Origin: Sphaerodactylus townsendi
Taxonomy: Eukaryota
Direction: 5' to 3'
NCBI RefSeq assembly: GCF_021028975.2
Contig: NC_059439.1
Location: 32,860,001-32,924,000 of the forward strand
DNA: 64,000 nt
Shown: one piece after another, positions 38,792 to 51,551 of the stretch
Layout of the letters: the number at the start of each line of letters is the position of its first letter
Numbering within the stretch: position 1 is the first letter of the stretch
The notes under the pieces: generated by a model
Database searches by the model: none
What the model was told of the DNA's origin: nothing
Seen by the model: only the letters and a program-made list of their open reading frames with translations
Program-made: the position numbers and the translations under genes

Positions 38792-39430
38792 CAGGGGTCC
38801 CCAAACTACGGCCCGGGGGCCAAATGTGGCCCCTGAAGGCATTTATCCGGCCCGCCAGGCATGGCAGCGATGGCTCCATTCATGTGCAGTGGGGGCTCGA
38901 GGGAGAGGAGGAACCGGCCCCAACGGCCATTGATTGCAGTTACATGATGGCACCCCCAAATCTCCATGCATTTTCTGACCCAGAATTGGAAACCTTACAT
39001 GTGGCAACGCCTGCTCCGCCCTTCCCTCTCGGCTACTCCATGTGTTGCTCTCAGGCTTTCTGTTCCGCCTCACTCCCATTGGCATCAGCCAGGCTGGTGA
39101 ATCGCTCGCTGGCTGCTAGGGAGGAAAGAACCCAGGAAGATACCTGATCCTGGGTTAGATGGAATGCTTCATTGGGAAAGTTCTGCTTTTTTTTTTAACA
39201 GGGGAAGGTATTCCACAGCCTCCCCAACAATATTTGGAGCCCACCCTGTACTTGACATACTTTGGTCACTGTTCTAAAAATAGACCATGACAGAAAGGCT
39301 GAAAGGTGAAATCAAACATTTTACAATCATTTGTACATAGGAATTTGTTCATAGTTTTTTTTAGTCCGGCCCTCCAACAGTCTGAGGGACAGTGAACTGG
39401 CCCCCTGTTTAAAAAGTTTGGGGACCCCTG
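38792..39430 (+). mobile_element. Non-autonomous hAT element, OC1/OposCharlie-like ends
   Basis: TIR caggggtccccaaact; 8-bp TSD gtctatgc. Confidence 0.8.
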
Positions 39431-40232
39431 GTCTATGCTAACGGTACTGTGAAATTGATGTACTTTTGTTCTGTTGTACTGGCCATTAACTGTAAATAAA
39501 TGATTGATTGATTGAAGTCAAAGCTCATGTTGTTTGATATCTGGGGTGTCTTGCTGGTTTTTAAAAAGCTTCTGAATTTGAATCAAATTCTGCTTGTACA
39601 GACCAACACAGCTACCCTGAAATGTGATCTATTTGATTCACAGGTTTTTACATTTGAATGACGTCATTTTTTACCACTCAGCACTCAACATGTTGCACAC
39701 ATACAAACACACATAAATGCTTCTCTCTCACCCCGCCCTTTCATATGTTCTCCCACATACAGACATCTAACCATATTCCTGCTGCTTTTTAATCCTCGCA
39801 CGTCATTCAAATACTACCCTCTTTCATGCGCCACCAGCCACTCCTGTAGTTCACAAACCCGAATGACATAAAATCCACTTTACACTCCGTTGTCTGCAGA
39901 TTGGGCCTCCTCTTCTCTTTGGCTCCCAACAATCCCGAGGCGTCCGAAGCCTGTGTGTGCTGACAGGCTTTGGGCGGAAGCTGGGCTTATCATTTCCCCC
40001 CATAGTTCTGAGGAGTTGAAATGTCCCTGAACATTCTATAGCACCTCATCCACTAAGCAGTTTCACTCCACTGAGACTAGAATTTGCACAACCAAGAACA
40101 AAAGAAACTTCATACACTGCAGGGCATATTTAGTCCAAGCGGTATCTAATCTGGAGTTGGCAACCCCACTGGCAGTGTCAATTGAGCCCAACAAGATTTT
40201 CCCTTGTATAGGTAGCCGCAAGCCTCCTGATC

Positions 40233-40345
40233 TTGGGGTGCTGTGCGGTTTCCGGGCTGTATGGCCGTGTTCTAGCAGCCATACAGCCCGGAAACCACAC
40301 AGCACCCCAGTGATTCCGGCCGTGAAAGCCTTCGACAATACATCT
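40233..40345. mobile_element. Short Penelope-like hairpin fragment without ribozyme core
   Basis: Same family as 26980-27215; inverted arms; tcctgatctt duplicated at the flanks. Confidence 0.7.
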
Positions 40346-41324
40346 TCCTGATCTTGTTTTCTCCTGCCCTCTGGTGTTCATTACAAGTGTGATAGCCCTT
40401 CTCCTCAGCACACCTTACAGATCAGCTTGGAACGGCTCCCTTCATTCCTCATTCATCTCCCAGCAATACAGAGGGAACGTTGTGTCAGGATTCTGGGCGG
40501 AAGAACCAAAAACTCCCATTCTTTGGTCTAACTGTACATTCTTTGGTCTAACTATGCATTATGAAATAGAGGCAGTAAGTTTGTAAAAAGGTTTTAGTAG
40601 GTATTAATAAAATAGAATAGGTAGGCATTACATTATATAGAATTCAAGGTTAAGATGGCTCAGTTAGAAATAGTAAGAATTAATTGGTTCTTGCTAAAGA
40701 AGTTTAGAATATACCCTGTTTCCCCTAATATAAGACATCCCCCAAAAATAAGACATAGTAGAGGTTTTGCTGAAGTGCTAAATATAAGGCATCCCCCGAA
40801 AGTAAGACATAGCAAAGTTTTTATTTGGAAGCATGCCTGACGAACAGAATACAGAAATATAAGACATCCCCTGAAAATAAGACATAGAGTATCTTTGGGA
40901 GCAAAAATTAATATAAGACACTGTCTTATATTCGGGGAAACACGGTATGTACTTTGGTTCATAAACTCTGGATCACTCAAACTTAGAAAGAGGCCTCAGT
41001 TGCACCCTGCCCTGCAAATGTGCAGACAGGAAAATAAGGAAAAAGGATAAAAATTAAGTTAAGGGAATTTCAAGTGTCAGACAAACCTCCGCACAAATCT
41101 CTCGCTTAGTAACTTACACCAGACTTACACCACTGTAGATACAGGAAAGAAATATAACAAACAGGTAACAAATACCAGGAGGCCTTGATAATTAAACAAG
41201 GCCGAAAGCCAAATGTAGAATTCTATGTCTGAACTCAAATAGAGGGAAAGAAATGTTATGCAGGACATTCAGAAACGCAGAAAACAATTGTTAGATTTAA
41301 GAAGACATTTAGAAAGATAGTTCC

Positions 41325-42091
41325 ATGGGAATGTCAACTCAATGCATGGCAGCTGTGAAAAAGGCAAACTCTATGCTGGGGATAATTAGGAAAGGAATTG
41401 AGAATAAAACTGCAAAGATTGTCATGCCCTTACATAAAGCAGTGGTGCGACCGCACTTGGAGTACTGTGTTCAGTTTCGGTCGCCACATCTCAAAAAGGA
41501 TATTGAAGGGATAGAAAAAGTGCAGAGAAGGGCAACGAGGATTATTGAGGGACTGGAGCACCTTCCTTATGAGGAAAGGCTGCAGCGTTTGGGACTCCTT
41601 AGTTTGGAGAGGAGACGTCTGAGGGGGGATATGATTGAAGTCTATAAAATTATGCATAGGGTAGAAAATGTTGACAGGGAGAAATTTTTCTCTCTTTCTC
41701 ACAATACCAGAACCAGGGGGCATCCATTGAAAATGCTGGGGGGAAGAATTAGGACTAATAAAAGGAAACACTTCTTACGCAACGTGTGATTGGTGTTTGG
41801 AATATGCTGCCATAGGAGGTGGTGATGGCCACTAACCTAGATAGCTTTAAAAGGGGCTTGGACAGATTTATGGAGGAGAAGTCGATTCATGGCTACCAAT
41901 CTTGATCCTCTTTGATCTGAGATTGCAAATGCCTTAACAGTCCAGGTGCTCGGGAGCAACAGCCGCAGAAGGCCATTGCTTTCACATCCTGCTTGTGAGC
42001 TCCCAGTGGCACCTGGTGGGCCACTGCGAGTAGCAGAGTGCTGGACTAGATGGACTCTGGTCTGGTCCAGCTGGCTTGTTCTTATGTTCTT
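41325..42091 (+). mobile_element. CR1 LINE 3' fragment
   Basis: KKANSMLGII..VRPHLEYCVQF..YEERL motifs; ttcttatg tail. Confidence 0.9.
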
Positions 42092-42699
42092 AACCACCAG
42101 ATGGCCTAGAAGATGAGCATTATTTTTTGTTATTCCAACTAGCCATAAAATAGAAACATTCAGGATTGCAGAGATAAGGATGGCCAGGAAGTTCGAAGTG
42201 TGAAAATTCCATGGTGCCATCAAGTCTCACAGAGAAACCCTGATGGGATTGAGTGACACATATTTTCCTTTTGTAATGTGTAAATTTTGCCTTTGATGTA
42301 CTTATGACCCAACCCCTGAAAACTGTATAAAGACCCTGGATTTTGCTCTGTTCGTTGGTTCCTTCCCAAAGCTGAAAGAACCCTAGTCAGTTTCAATGAA
42401 ATGATTTATTTTAATTATTATTAATTTTATTGCTATTCTAAAGAATCAAAACATTTTTTCAATGTACACAATAGACAGATTACATATTATATTATATTTC
42501 TCTTGACACGGGGCAAGAAACTGCAGCTGAGACAGGAGTCCAGAGCTCTTGGCTTCTCCGCCCCCCCCCCCTCCAATCCCGCTGTCCTCCATATTGACTT
42601 TTAAGAGTTCTGGAAGTTCAGGGTTCAAAGAACACATTTCTGCGGAACACATTTCAATCAAAACATTTCTGTGGAAACCCACAAAAAACCCCAACATTG

Positions 42700-42879
42700 T
42701 TTGTTTCACATCCTGTATGTAGAAACCATCGGACTCTTCCTCTTTCTTTTTTGATCCTGCCCTTGCCCCACCTGAGATACATATAATACTTCAGAGTCCA
42801 GGCTGAGAGAGAGACTTGGATGGGCAAGATTCATCCCTCAGCATCTCCAGGGCTCAGGCAGGACGAAACTTGGGTAAGT
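42700..42879 (+). promoter_or_regulatory. Promoter and non-coding exon 1 of R6
   Basis: Variant catataa at 42780, GTAAGT at 42874. Confidence 0.7.
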
Positions 42880-43871
42880 CTGAGAAGGCCATGAACTGGC
42901 TTTCATCTCTTGTCCCACACGAACCAGCTTTGCAGAATGGTTCTGCAGAATGAATGCCAACATTGAGAGCAGCAGGGGCATAGTGGTTAAGAGCAAGTGC
43001 ACTCTAATCTGGAGAACTGGGTTTGATTCCCCGCTTTGCCACTTGAGCTGTGGAGGCTGCCTTTGGTGCCTTACTCAGCAATTGTGAGATGTTCCCACCT
43101 TTTATCTTCCAGGCATGGGGCAGCAGCTGCCCCCGGTCAGAGTAGAGCAGTGGTGGCGAACCTTTGGCACTCCAGATGTTATGGACTACAATTCCCATCA
43201 GCCCTTGCCAGCATGACCAATTGGCCATGCTGGCAGGGGCTGATGGGAATTGTAGTCCATAACATCTGGAGTGCCAAAGGTTCGCCACCACGGGAGTGGA
43301 GAAATCACTTAACCAGCCGCTGCCCCAGGCCTGTCAGCTAAGGGGTGGGGAACATGTCACAATTGCTGAGTAAGATGCCAAAGCCAGGCACGAGAGAGGA
43401 CATTGCCCAATCTGGATGGTAGAGAAGGCATTCTGAATTTTCATGCTTCCATATGTTCTGTTTCAGAGGTGTTTTGCCCATTATGCAGAATTGGGTGGGG
43501 TTTTGGAATGCTGGACTGTACCACTTTATGTTGCAGGTGGGGGTATCTGTGGAAAAGAATGGGAAAAGCTACAGCGCGTGCCGTCAAGTAGCACAGCTGT
43601 GGGAAAGATGTCGCCTAGCCATGCATCATCCTTTACAAGGAGCTTTTTCCTATTTGAGGAGAATATTTCAAAAAAAAAAATCACATAGGCACACCCCACC
43701 TTCCTTCTGAAGTGGTACAGTCCCGCATGCCTGTATCTTCTCCCACAGGAGCCAAAGGATTGTCCTTTACAGATCATAAATGCAAAAAATAAATCAACAA
43801 ATAATGACACAGTAAAGGGAAGCGATAGTTTTCACACTTCCTTCTTCTCTTTTCTCCCAGACCCTTCCAGG

Positions 43872-44306
43872 ATGTTTTCGAAAACCTCCTCCTGGCTGCT
43901 GCTCTGCTATTTTGCTGTCCTTCTGGTGGCTTTCCTGGGACAGCCCAGTGATGGGGCCAACTACGCGGATTTCGCACGTAAGCACATCGGTTATCCGAAA
44001 ACCGCAGCTGACAACCCCAACGCCTACTGCAAAGTCATGATGAAGGACAGAGGCATGACCGACGGCAGCTGCAAAGCGAACAATACCTTCATCCATGACG
44101 AGCCCAGCAACATTCAGAATATCTGCAGCGGGGGAGGTACCAGGTGGTCTGGGAATCTCTATGACAGCAGACAAAGTTTCCCTCTCACTTTCTGCCGCAA
44201 TAGAGGTCGTTATCCTAAGTGCAATTACATCGGCACGGAAATGACCAAGAGAGTCCGTGTGGGCTGTGTGAAGGGGTTGCCTGTTCACTTCCAAACCGAC
44301 CTGTAG
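43872..44306 (+). CDS. RNase A superfamily protein R6, 144 aa
   Basis: Signal peptide; FARKH, CKANNTF, PVHFQ; 6 Cys; closest to R5. Confidence 0.95.
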   Translation: MFSKTSSWLLLCYFAVLLVAFLGQPSDGANYADFARKHIGYPKTAADNPNAYCKVMMKDRGMTDGSCKANNTFIHDEPSNIQNICSGGGTRWSGNLYDSRQSFPLTFCRNRGRYPKCNYIGTEMTKRVRVGCVKGLPVHFQTDL

Positions 44307-44430
44307 GCCGAAGCAAGCCGAAGGAAATATTTCAGCAGCGACGACCTAGCTCTGCTTTGCTTAATGCTTTCTCAACGACGGATCTCTGGGACATCTCTGT
44401 AGTGCACCTTAACCTCGTTTAGCAGGTCTT

Positions 44431-44662
44431 AAGAACATAAGAACATAAGAACTAGCCTGCTGGATCAAACCAGAGTCCATCTAGTCCAGCACTCTGCTAC
44501 TCGCAGTGGCCCACCAGGTGCCTTTGGGAGCTCACATGCAGGAGGTGAAAGCAATGGCCTTCTGCTGCTGCTGCTGCTCCTGAGCACCTGGTCTGCTAAG
44601 GCATTTGCAATCTGAGATCAAGGAGGATCAAGATTGGTAGCCATAGATCGACTTCTCCTCCA
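44431..44662 (-). mobile_element. CR1 3' end inserted in the R6 3' UTR
   Basis: (aagaacat)n start; aggtctt TSD. Confidence 0.85.
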
Positions 44663-45653
44663 TAGGTCTTCCTTCTCCCCCCGAGAAACCCAGGACTTGT
44701 CCTTGCATAGGACAGGGCTTATAGATCGCTCATGTAGGATGCTGAGCGCAATCATCAAACTAGAAATCCCAGGATTCTTTGGATGGGGGAGCTATAACAG
44801 TGGAGGGAGTAGAATAAAATCGTCTGTGTGGACAGAGGCTGGAAAACCTGGTTCACAGATACGCTTCCAGCTGTTGATCGAATGAATGAGCTGCTATCGC
44901 AGGGGAAAGGCCAACGGGTGAGCTTAATAGAGCTTTTCATGTGTGTCAGTTATTAAAGGCCTGGATGTTCACACCTGTTAGTGCATCTCTTGGGGTTTCT
45001 TTTCCCTTCTTGACTTTCCCCAGCCTTGTGAATGGGAGACCAGCGGAACTGACTGCACTCCCTTGAAAAGAATTGTGCTTGCAGTGATATCGGAGTTGAA
45101 GACTGGAGGGTCTCATCTGCGAACTCACCTCTAAAACAGATCACTCGATGCTGCTTTTGTTTTTCTATTTTATATCACAGTTTACATGTGGAGACCTGAA
45201 TCTGAGTCCATTAGCCACTTAGGCCTTTTCCACACATGCAGGATAATGCGCTTTCAATCCCCTTCCAATGCACTTTGCAGCTGGATTTGACTGTGCGGAA
45301 TAGCAAAATCCGCTTGCAAACAATTGTGAAAGCGGACTGAAAGTGTATTATTCTGCATGTGCGGAAGGGGCCTTAAAGAACCATAAATTTTCCCACCATG
45401 TAAGATTTCACAAGTCAAAGGTCACTTTGTTCGATACCTGGGGAGTTTTTCTGGTTTTTAAAAAGCTGCTGAAGTTGAATCAAGTGCTCCTTGCACAGAC
45501 TAACTCAGCTACCCTGAAATGTGATCTATTTGATTCACAGGTTTTTGGATTTGAATGGCCTCATTTTTACCATTCAGCACTCAACATTATGCACACATAC
45601 AAACAAACATAGATGCTTCTCACTCACCCCTTTCATATGTTCTCCCACACTAA

Positions 45654-45923
45654 GGCCCTTTCCCCACTTACCTTAAGCCCCGCGCTACTCTCCTAAAGTA
45701 GCGCGGGGTCCAGCTGCACTCCCCACTTCAGGGGCGGCGAGAACGCAGCCGCCCCGACGCTGCCTCTCTCACGCCCCCTCAGCGTGCGTAATTCCTGGCG
45801 CCTTTTCAAATGGCGCCTTTTGATGACCCCGCGTCGTGGGGAAGCCGGGGCGCGCACCAGGAATTGCGCGTGCTGGTAATTGCGCGCAGCAACCCTCCGA
45901 CAAAGGTAAGTGGGGAAAGGGCC
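45654..45923 (+). mobile_element. GC-rich Harbinger-like MITE with internal hairpin (related copy at about 1201-1450)
   Basis: TIR ggccctttccccacttacctt; hairpin ccccgcgctact/agtagcgcgggg. Confidence 0.65.
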
Positions 45924-47559
45924 ATAGACATCTAAGCATATTCCTGCTGCTTCTTAATTCTCGCACATCATTCAAATACTACTCTGTTTCATGTGCAACC
46001 AGCCACTCTTGTAGTTCATAAACTCGACTGACTCGAAATCCACTTTACAGTCAGTTGTCTACCGATCGGGCCTCCTCCCAACAACCCGAGGCGTCCGAAG
46101 CCTGTGTGTGCTGCCAGACTTTAAGTGGAACTGGGCTTATAGTTTTTTCCCCATATTTTGGAGCAGCTGAGATGTTCCCAAACATTCTATAGCACCTCAT
46201 GAGCTAAGCAGTTTCAGCCCACTGAAGCTAGAATTTGCACAACCAAGAGGAAATGAAGCTTCAAACACTGCAAGACATATTTAGCCCAAGAGTTGTCCAC
46301 CTGGAGTTGGCAACCCCACTGGGAGTGCCCATTGATCCAAACAAGACTTTGCCTTAGAAAAATAACTCGCCTCAAGCCTCCTGATGTTGTTTGCTCCTGC
46401 CCTCTGGTGTTCATTACAAGCGTTACAACCCTTCTCCTCCGCTCTCCCTAGAGATTCCCCTCCCTTCTCCATTCATTTCCCAGGAACACGGAGGGAACGC
46501 TGTGTCAGGATGAAGAGCGATTGCTGTTGCCTTGCTTTATTTTGCTTTACCCAATAAATCCTTGCAGCAAAAAGAAAAACGAGTGTTTGTGTTTTCTTGT
46601 GTGTGTGGCACCTAATTTCTAATCCACCGAGATGGGCTGGTCTTTCCGCTCCTTCCGAGAAGGGTCATAGCCAGCCTCTGTTGCTTGGTCAGGCTGCCAG
46701 ATCTTCAGCAGAAAGGGACAGAGAGTGGTCTTAGAGGGGGGCTGATGTCCGGGGCTTCTCTGAAGAAGTGGGGGATGTGGGGAGAAGGACAGAGCTCTGG
46801 TCTTCAGGCTGATGGGCTCCGTTCTATGTCTTTTGCGCACTCAGAATTATGTGGATTGCAAAATGCCCACCGTGGGTTCGTAGGCCTGATTCATTGCGCC
46901 GCTTAAAAGGGACGGGGCTTTTGGGCCTCGCAAAGCAAATCCCAAAGCGATTTCTGGACCCTGACAGGATAAAGGGGACAGGAAACCAGTTGTGGCCTGA
47001 GGCCTGTCAGCTAAAGGGTGGGAACACTCAGAATTGCTGAGTAAGATACCAAAGTCAGGCAAGAGAGAGAGGACATCTCACAATCTGTATGGTAGAGAAG
47101 GCAGAGAACCTCTCAGGCTTATGGGCTTGGGAACAGCTCCCACAACCATGAGAATAAGCCCCCAACCTGAGCTCAATCCCAAAGGTCAGGAAGTCTGCAA
47201 AGAGCTCTTTTCAGTGTAAGATGGCGGACATCCACCTCTGTTGACTGCTATAGGAAAGCCCAGAGCTCTTAAGGTGAACACAACATTTGCTGAAGTTAGA
47301 GAGGCCTGCCTTTGAACCCCTGCCCAAGATCTCTCTCCATGTTTCCCTCAGGTGTTCCACCTCCATATTTATTTCCCCAGGCATCCACATTTCTCTTGAC
47401 ACCTGGCAAGAACCAACAGCTGAGACAGGAGTCCAAAGCTCTTGGCTTCTCCCTCCCCACCCCCTCCAATCCCCCTGTGTATTGGCTTTTAAAAGTTCAA
47501 GGAAGTTCAGGGTTCAAAGACAGAAATGAACACTTTTCTGTGAGAAGCAAACCCACACT

Positions 47560-47768
47560 GTTTGTTTCGCTTCCTGTATATAGAAACCACCTGACTCTTC
47601 CTCTTTTTCTTGATCTTGTCCCTGACCCACCTGAGATCTATATAATACTTCAGGGTCCAGGCTGAGGGAGAGACTGGTACGGGCAAGATCCATCCCTCAG
47701 CATCTCCAGACTTGGACGGGCAAGATCCATCCCTCAGCATCTCCAGACAGGGCGAAACTTGGGTAAGT
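47560..47768 (+). promoter_or_regulatory. Promoter and non-coding exon 1 of R7, with internal 37-bp duplication
   Basis: tatataa at 47639, GTAAGT at 47763. Confidence 0.75.
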
Positions 47769-50116
47769 CAGAGAAGGCCGTCACCTGGCTTTCATCAAGA
47801 ACTTTGCAGAATGGTTCTGTAGACATGCAGTAAGGAAACACTTGCCACCTAACCAGGCAACAAATGCCAACATCTTCATCAGCAGTGGCGTAGGAGGCTA
47901 AGAGCTCGTGTAGCTAATCTGGAGGAACCAGGTTTGATTCCCAGCTCTGCCGCCTGAGCTGTGGAGGCTTATCTGGGGAATTCAGATTAGCCTGTGCACT
48001 CCCACACACACCAGCTGGGTGACCTTGGGCTAATCACACCTTCTCGGAGCTCTCTCAGCCCCACCTACCTCACAGGGTGTTTGTTGTGAGGGGGGAAGGG
48101 CAAGGAGATTGAAAGCCCCTTTGAGTCTCCTAGGGGGGATATAAATCCAAACTCTTCTTCTTCTATGATTCTCCTAGGCCAGGGGTAGGGAACCTGCGGC
48201 TCTCCAGATGTTCAGGAACTACAATTCCCATCAGCCTCTGTCAGCATGGCCAATTGGCCATGCTGGTAGGGGCTGATGGGAATTGTAGTTCCTGAACATC
48301 TGGAGAGCCACAGGTTCCCTACCCCTGTCCTAGGCAGTTAGTTTTCTCCCTAGAAGTCTTCTGTATGTGTGAAACAGCATTGACTCCCCCGACAGTGGCT
48401 GAGTGGTCAGAAAATAAGAGAACGCATTGCACACCAGCTGTTCAACCTATTTTAATATGTGAATAGCGGCCGACTGGTGCCAAGGGGCCGGACAGCGGGA
48501 GGAGCAAGATGAGTTGCCCGGATGGCACAGCTGTGGTGAGGTGGCAGGTAGACAGGGATGGTGCCCCCTTTCAAATGGCGCCCAGGGCACATGCCATACC
48601 TGCCATACTTTAGATGCATCACTGGCTGTCACCTACAATGGCTGGATAGTGCTCCATGACGTACAAACAAGTCCCTTGTTATCATGTACAAAATGGCTGG
48701 CGGCTTTCCAGAGTGGCCACCAGAACCCATGCTCAGTGAGGNNNNNNNNNNNNNNNNNNNNNNNNNNNNNNNNNNNNNNNNNNNNNNNNNNNNNNNNNNN
48801 NNNNNNNNNNNNNNNNNNNNNNNNNNNNNNNNNNNNNNNNNNNNNNNNNNNNNNNNNNNNNNNNNNNNNNNNNNNNNNNNNNNNNNNNNNNNNNNNNNNN
48901 NNNNNNNNNNNNNNNNNNNNNNNNNNNNNNNNNNNNNNNNNNNNNNNNNNCCCCTTTCTCTCCTGCAGGAGACTCAAAGGGGCTTACAATCTCCTTGCCC
49001 TTCCCCCCTCACAACAAACACCCTGTGAGGTAGGTGGGGCTGAGAGAGCTCTGAGAAGCTGTGACTAGCCCAAGGTCACCCAGCTGGTGTGTGTGGGAGT
49101 GCACAGGCTAATCTGAATTCCCCAGATAAGCCTCCACAGCTCAGGCGGCAGAGCTGGGAATCAAACCCGGTTCCTCCAGATTAGATACACGAGCTCTTAA
49201 CCTCCTGTGCCACTGCTGCTCCTACGCCACTGAAGCTCAAAAGACCCTCGGGGGCGGGGGAGGGGATTCATTGCCATGAACGCACAACAGATATGGAGGA
49301 AGAATTCAAAATCCCTCCAGATCTTTTTATTAGGGGGTGGGGGAAGAGATCCAGAAAACCCCAACAGAAAAGAAAGGAAAAGAAAGGCTTAGGAACTGCA
49401 AACCCAGAAATATTTGGAGTGAAAAAGTATGTTTTAATAAGTCTGAACATTCCTGCTTCCACACGTTCTGTTTCAGAGGTGTTCTGCACATGCTGGTGAA
49501 TTGGGGTTTGGGTTGGAATGCTGGACTGTACCACTTTATGTTGCAGGTGGGGGCATCTATGGAAAATAATAGAAAAGGCTGCAGGACATGCCGTCAAGTA
49601 GCGCAGCTGTGGGAAAGATGTCGCCTAGCCATGCATCATCCTGTCCAAGGGGCTTTTTCCTATTTGAGGAGAATATTTTTAAAAATCACATATGCACACC
49701 CCAGCTTCATTCTGAAGTGGTACAGTCTGGCATGCCTGTATCTTCTGTCTCAGGAGCCAAAGGCTTGTCCTTTGTACCCTGTTTCCCCTAATATAAGACA
49801 CCCCCGAAAAATAAGACATAGTAGAGGTTTTGCTGAAGTACGAAATATAAGGCATCCCCCAAAAGTAAGACATAGCAAAGTTTTTGTTTGGAAGCATGCG
49901 CGACGAACAGAACACAGGAAAAATAAGACATCCCCTGAAAATAAGACACAGCGCATCTTTGGGAGCAAAAATTAATATAAGACACTGTCTTATATTCGGG
50001 GAAACACGGTAGATAATAAATGCAAAAAAACCCATCAACAAATAATGTCATCGTAAAGAGAAAGCGACAGTTTTCACATTTCCTTCTTCTTCCATAGTCT
50101 CCAAGACCCCACCAGG

Positions 50117-50551
50117 ATGTCTCTGAAAATCTCTTCTTTGCTGTTGCTCTGCTCTTTTGCTGTCCTTCTGGTGGCTTTCCTGGGACAGTCCAGCGATGGG
50201 GCCACCTACGCGGATTTCGCACGGCAGCACATAGAACCTTCAGGACCCGGGAACAGCAACCCGAACGCCTACTGCAACCGCATGATGAGGCAGAGAGGCA
50301 TGACCACAGGAGCCTGCAAAACCTACAACACCTTCATCCATAGCGATCCCGACAGCATTCAGAATATCTGCTGCAGGCACTGGATCTGTACCTCCGGCAA
50401 TTTTTACAACAGCAGACAGCGCTTCCGTGTCACCGCCTGCTTCAATATCGGTCTTTATCCTAATTGCAATTATGTCGGCACACGAATGACCAAGAAAATT
50501 TGTGTGGCCTGTGTAAACGGGCTGCCTGTTCACTTTGAGAAATTCCTGTAG
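50117..50551 (+). CDS. RNase A superfamily protein R7, Cys-rich, 144 aa
   Basis: Signal peptide; FARQH, CKTYNTF, PVHFE; 9 Cys in the mature chain. Confidence 0.95.
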   Translation: MSLKISSLLLLCSFAVLLVAFLGQSSDGATYADFARQHIEPSGPGNSNPNAYCNRMMRQRGMTTGACKTYNTFIHSDPDSIQNICCRHWICTSGNFYNSRQRFRVTACFNIGLYPNCNYVGTRMTKKICVACVNGLPVHFEKFL

Positions 50552-50930
50552 GCTGAAGCAACTTGCGACACGCTGCCAGGAAGCCGGAAGCCGAATGAAA
50601 TATTGCAGCGACGCCGACCTAGCTCCGCTTTGCTTAATGCTTTCTCAGCGATGGATCTCTGGGACATACCTGTAGTGCATCTGAAACTCATTTAGATGGT
50701 CTTCCTTCTCCTGCGAGTATCACCAGGACTTGTCGCTGTATAGGGTGGAGTTTGTTGATCACTCACGTAGGATACTCAGTCAGTGCTGTCAACAAACTAG
50801 AAATCTCAGGATTCTTGGAGTGGAGGTGGGGGAAGCTATAACAGTTGAGGGAGTGGAATAAAATCACCTGTGTGGACAGAGGCAGAAAAGCCTGGTTCAC
50901 AAGCATATATTCAGTGGTTGATGGAACGAA

Positions 50931-51551
50931 TCGCCATATCTCAAAAAGGATATCGAAGAGATAGAAAAAGTGCAGAGAAGGGCAACAAGGATGATTGAGG
51001 GACTGGAGCACCTTCCTTACGAGGAGAGGCTGCAGCGTTTGGGACTCTTTAGTTTGGAGAGGAGACGTCTGAGGGGGGATGTGATTGAAGTCTATAAAAT
51101 TATGCATGGGGTAGAAAATGTGGACAGAGAGAAATTTTTCTCTCTTTCTCACAATACTAGAACCAGGGGGCATCCATTGAAAATGCTGGGGGGGGGGGGA
51201 GAGAATTAGGACTAATAAAAGGAAACACTTCTTCATGCAACATGTGATTGGTGTTTGGAATATGCTGCCACAGGAGGTGGTGATGGCCACTAACCTGGAT
51301 AGCTTTAAAAGGGGCTTGGATAGATTTATGAAGGAGAAGTCCATCTATGGCTACCAATCTTGATCCTCCTTGATCTGAGATTGCAAAGGCCTTAGCAGAC
51401 CAGGTGCTCAGGAGCAGCAGCCGCAGAAGGCCATTGCTTTCACCTCCTGCATGTGATCTCCCAAAGGCACCTGGTGGGCCACTGCGAGTAGCAGAGTGCT
51501 GGACTAGATGGACTCTGGTCTGTTCCAGCTGGCTAGTTCTTATGTTCTTAT
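50931..51551 (+). mobile_element. CR1 LINE 3' fragment
   Basis: Same ORF2 C-terminus and tail as other copies. Confidence 0.9.

Noticed and set aside
40491-42500. Possible LTR-like insertion hosting nested MITE and CR1; similar AT-rich tracts at 32374-33070 and 57350-58230
   Set aside because: Termini and TSDs could not be defined; some sequence looks error-prone
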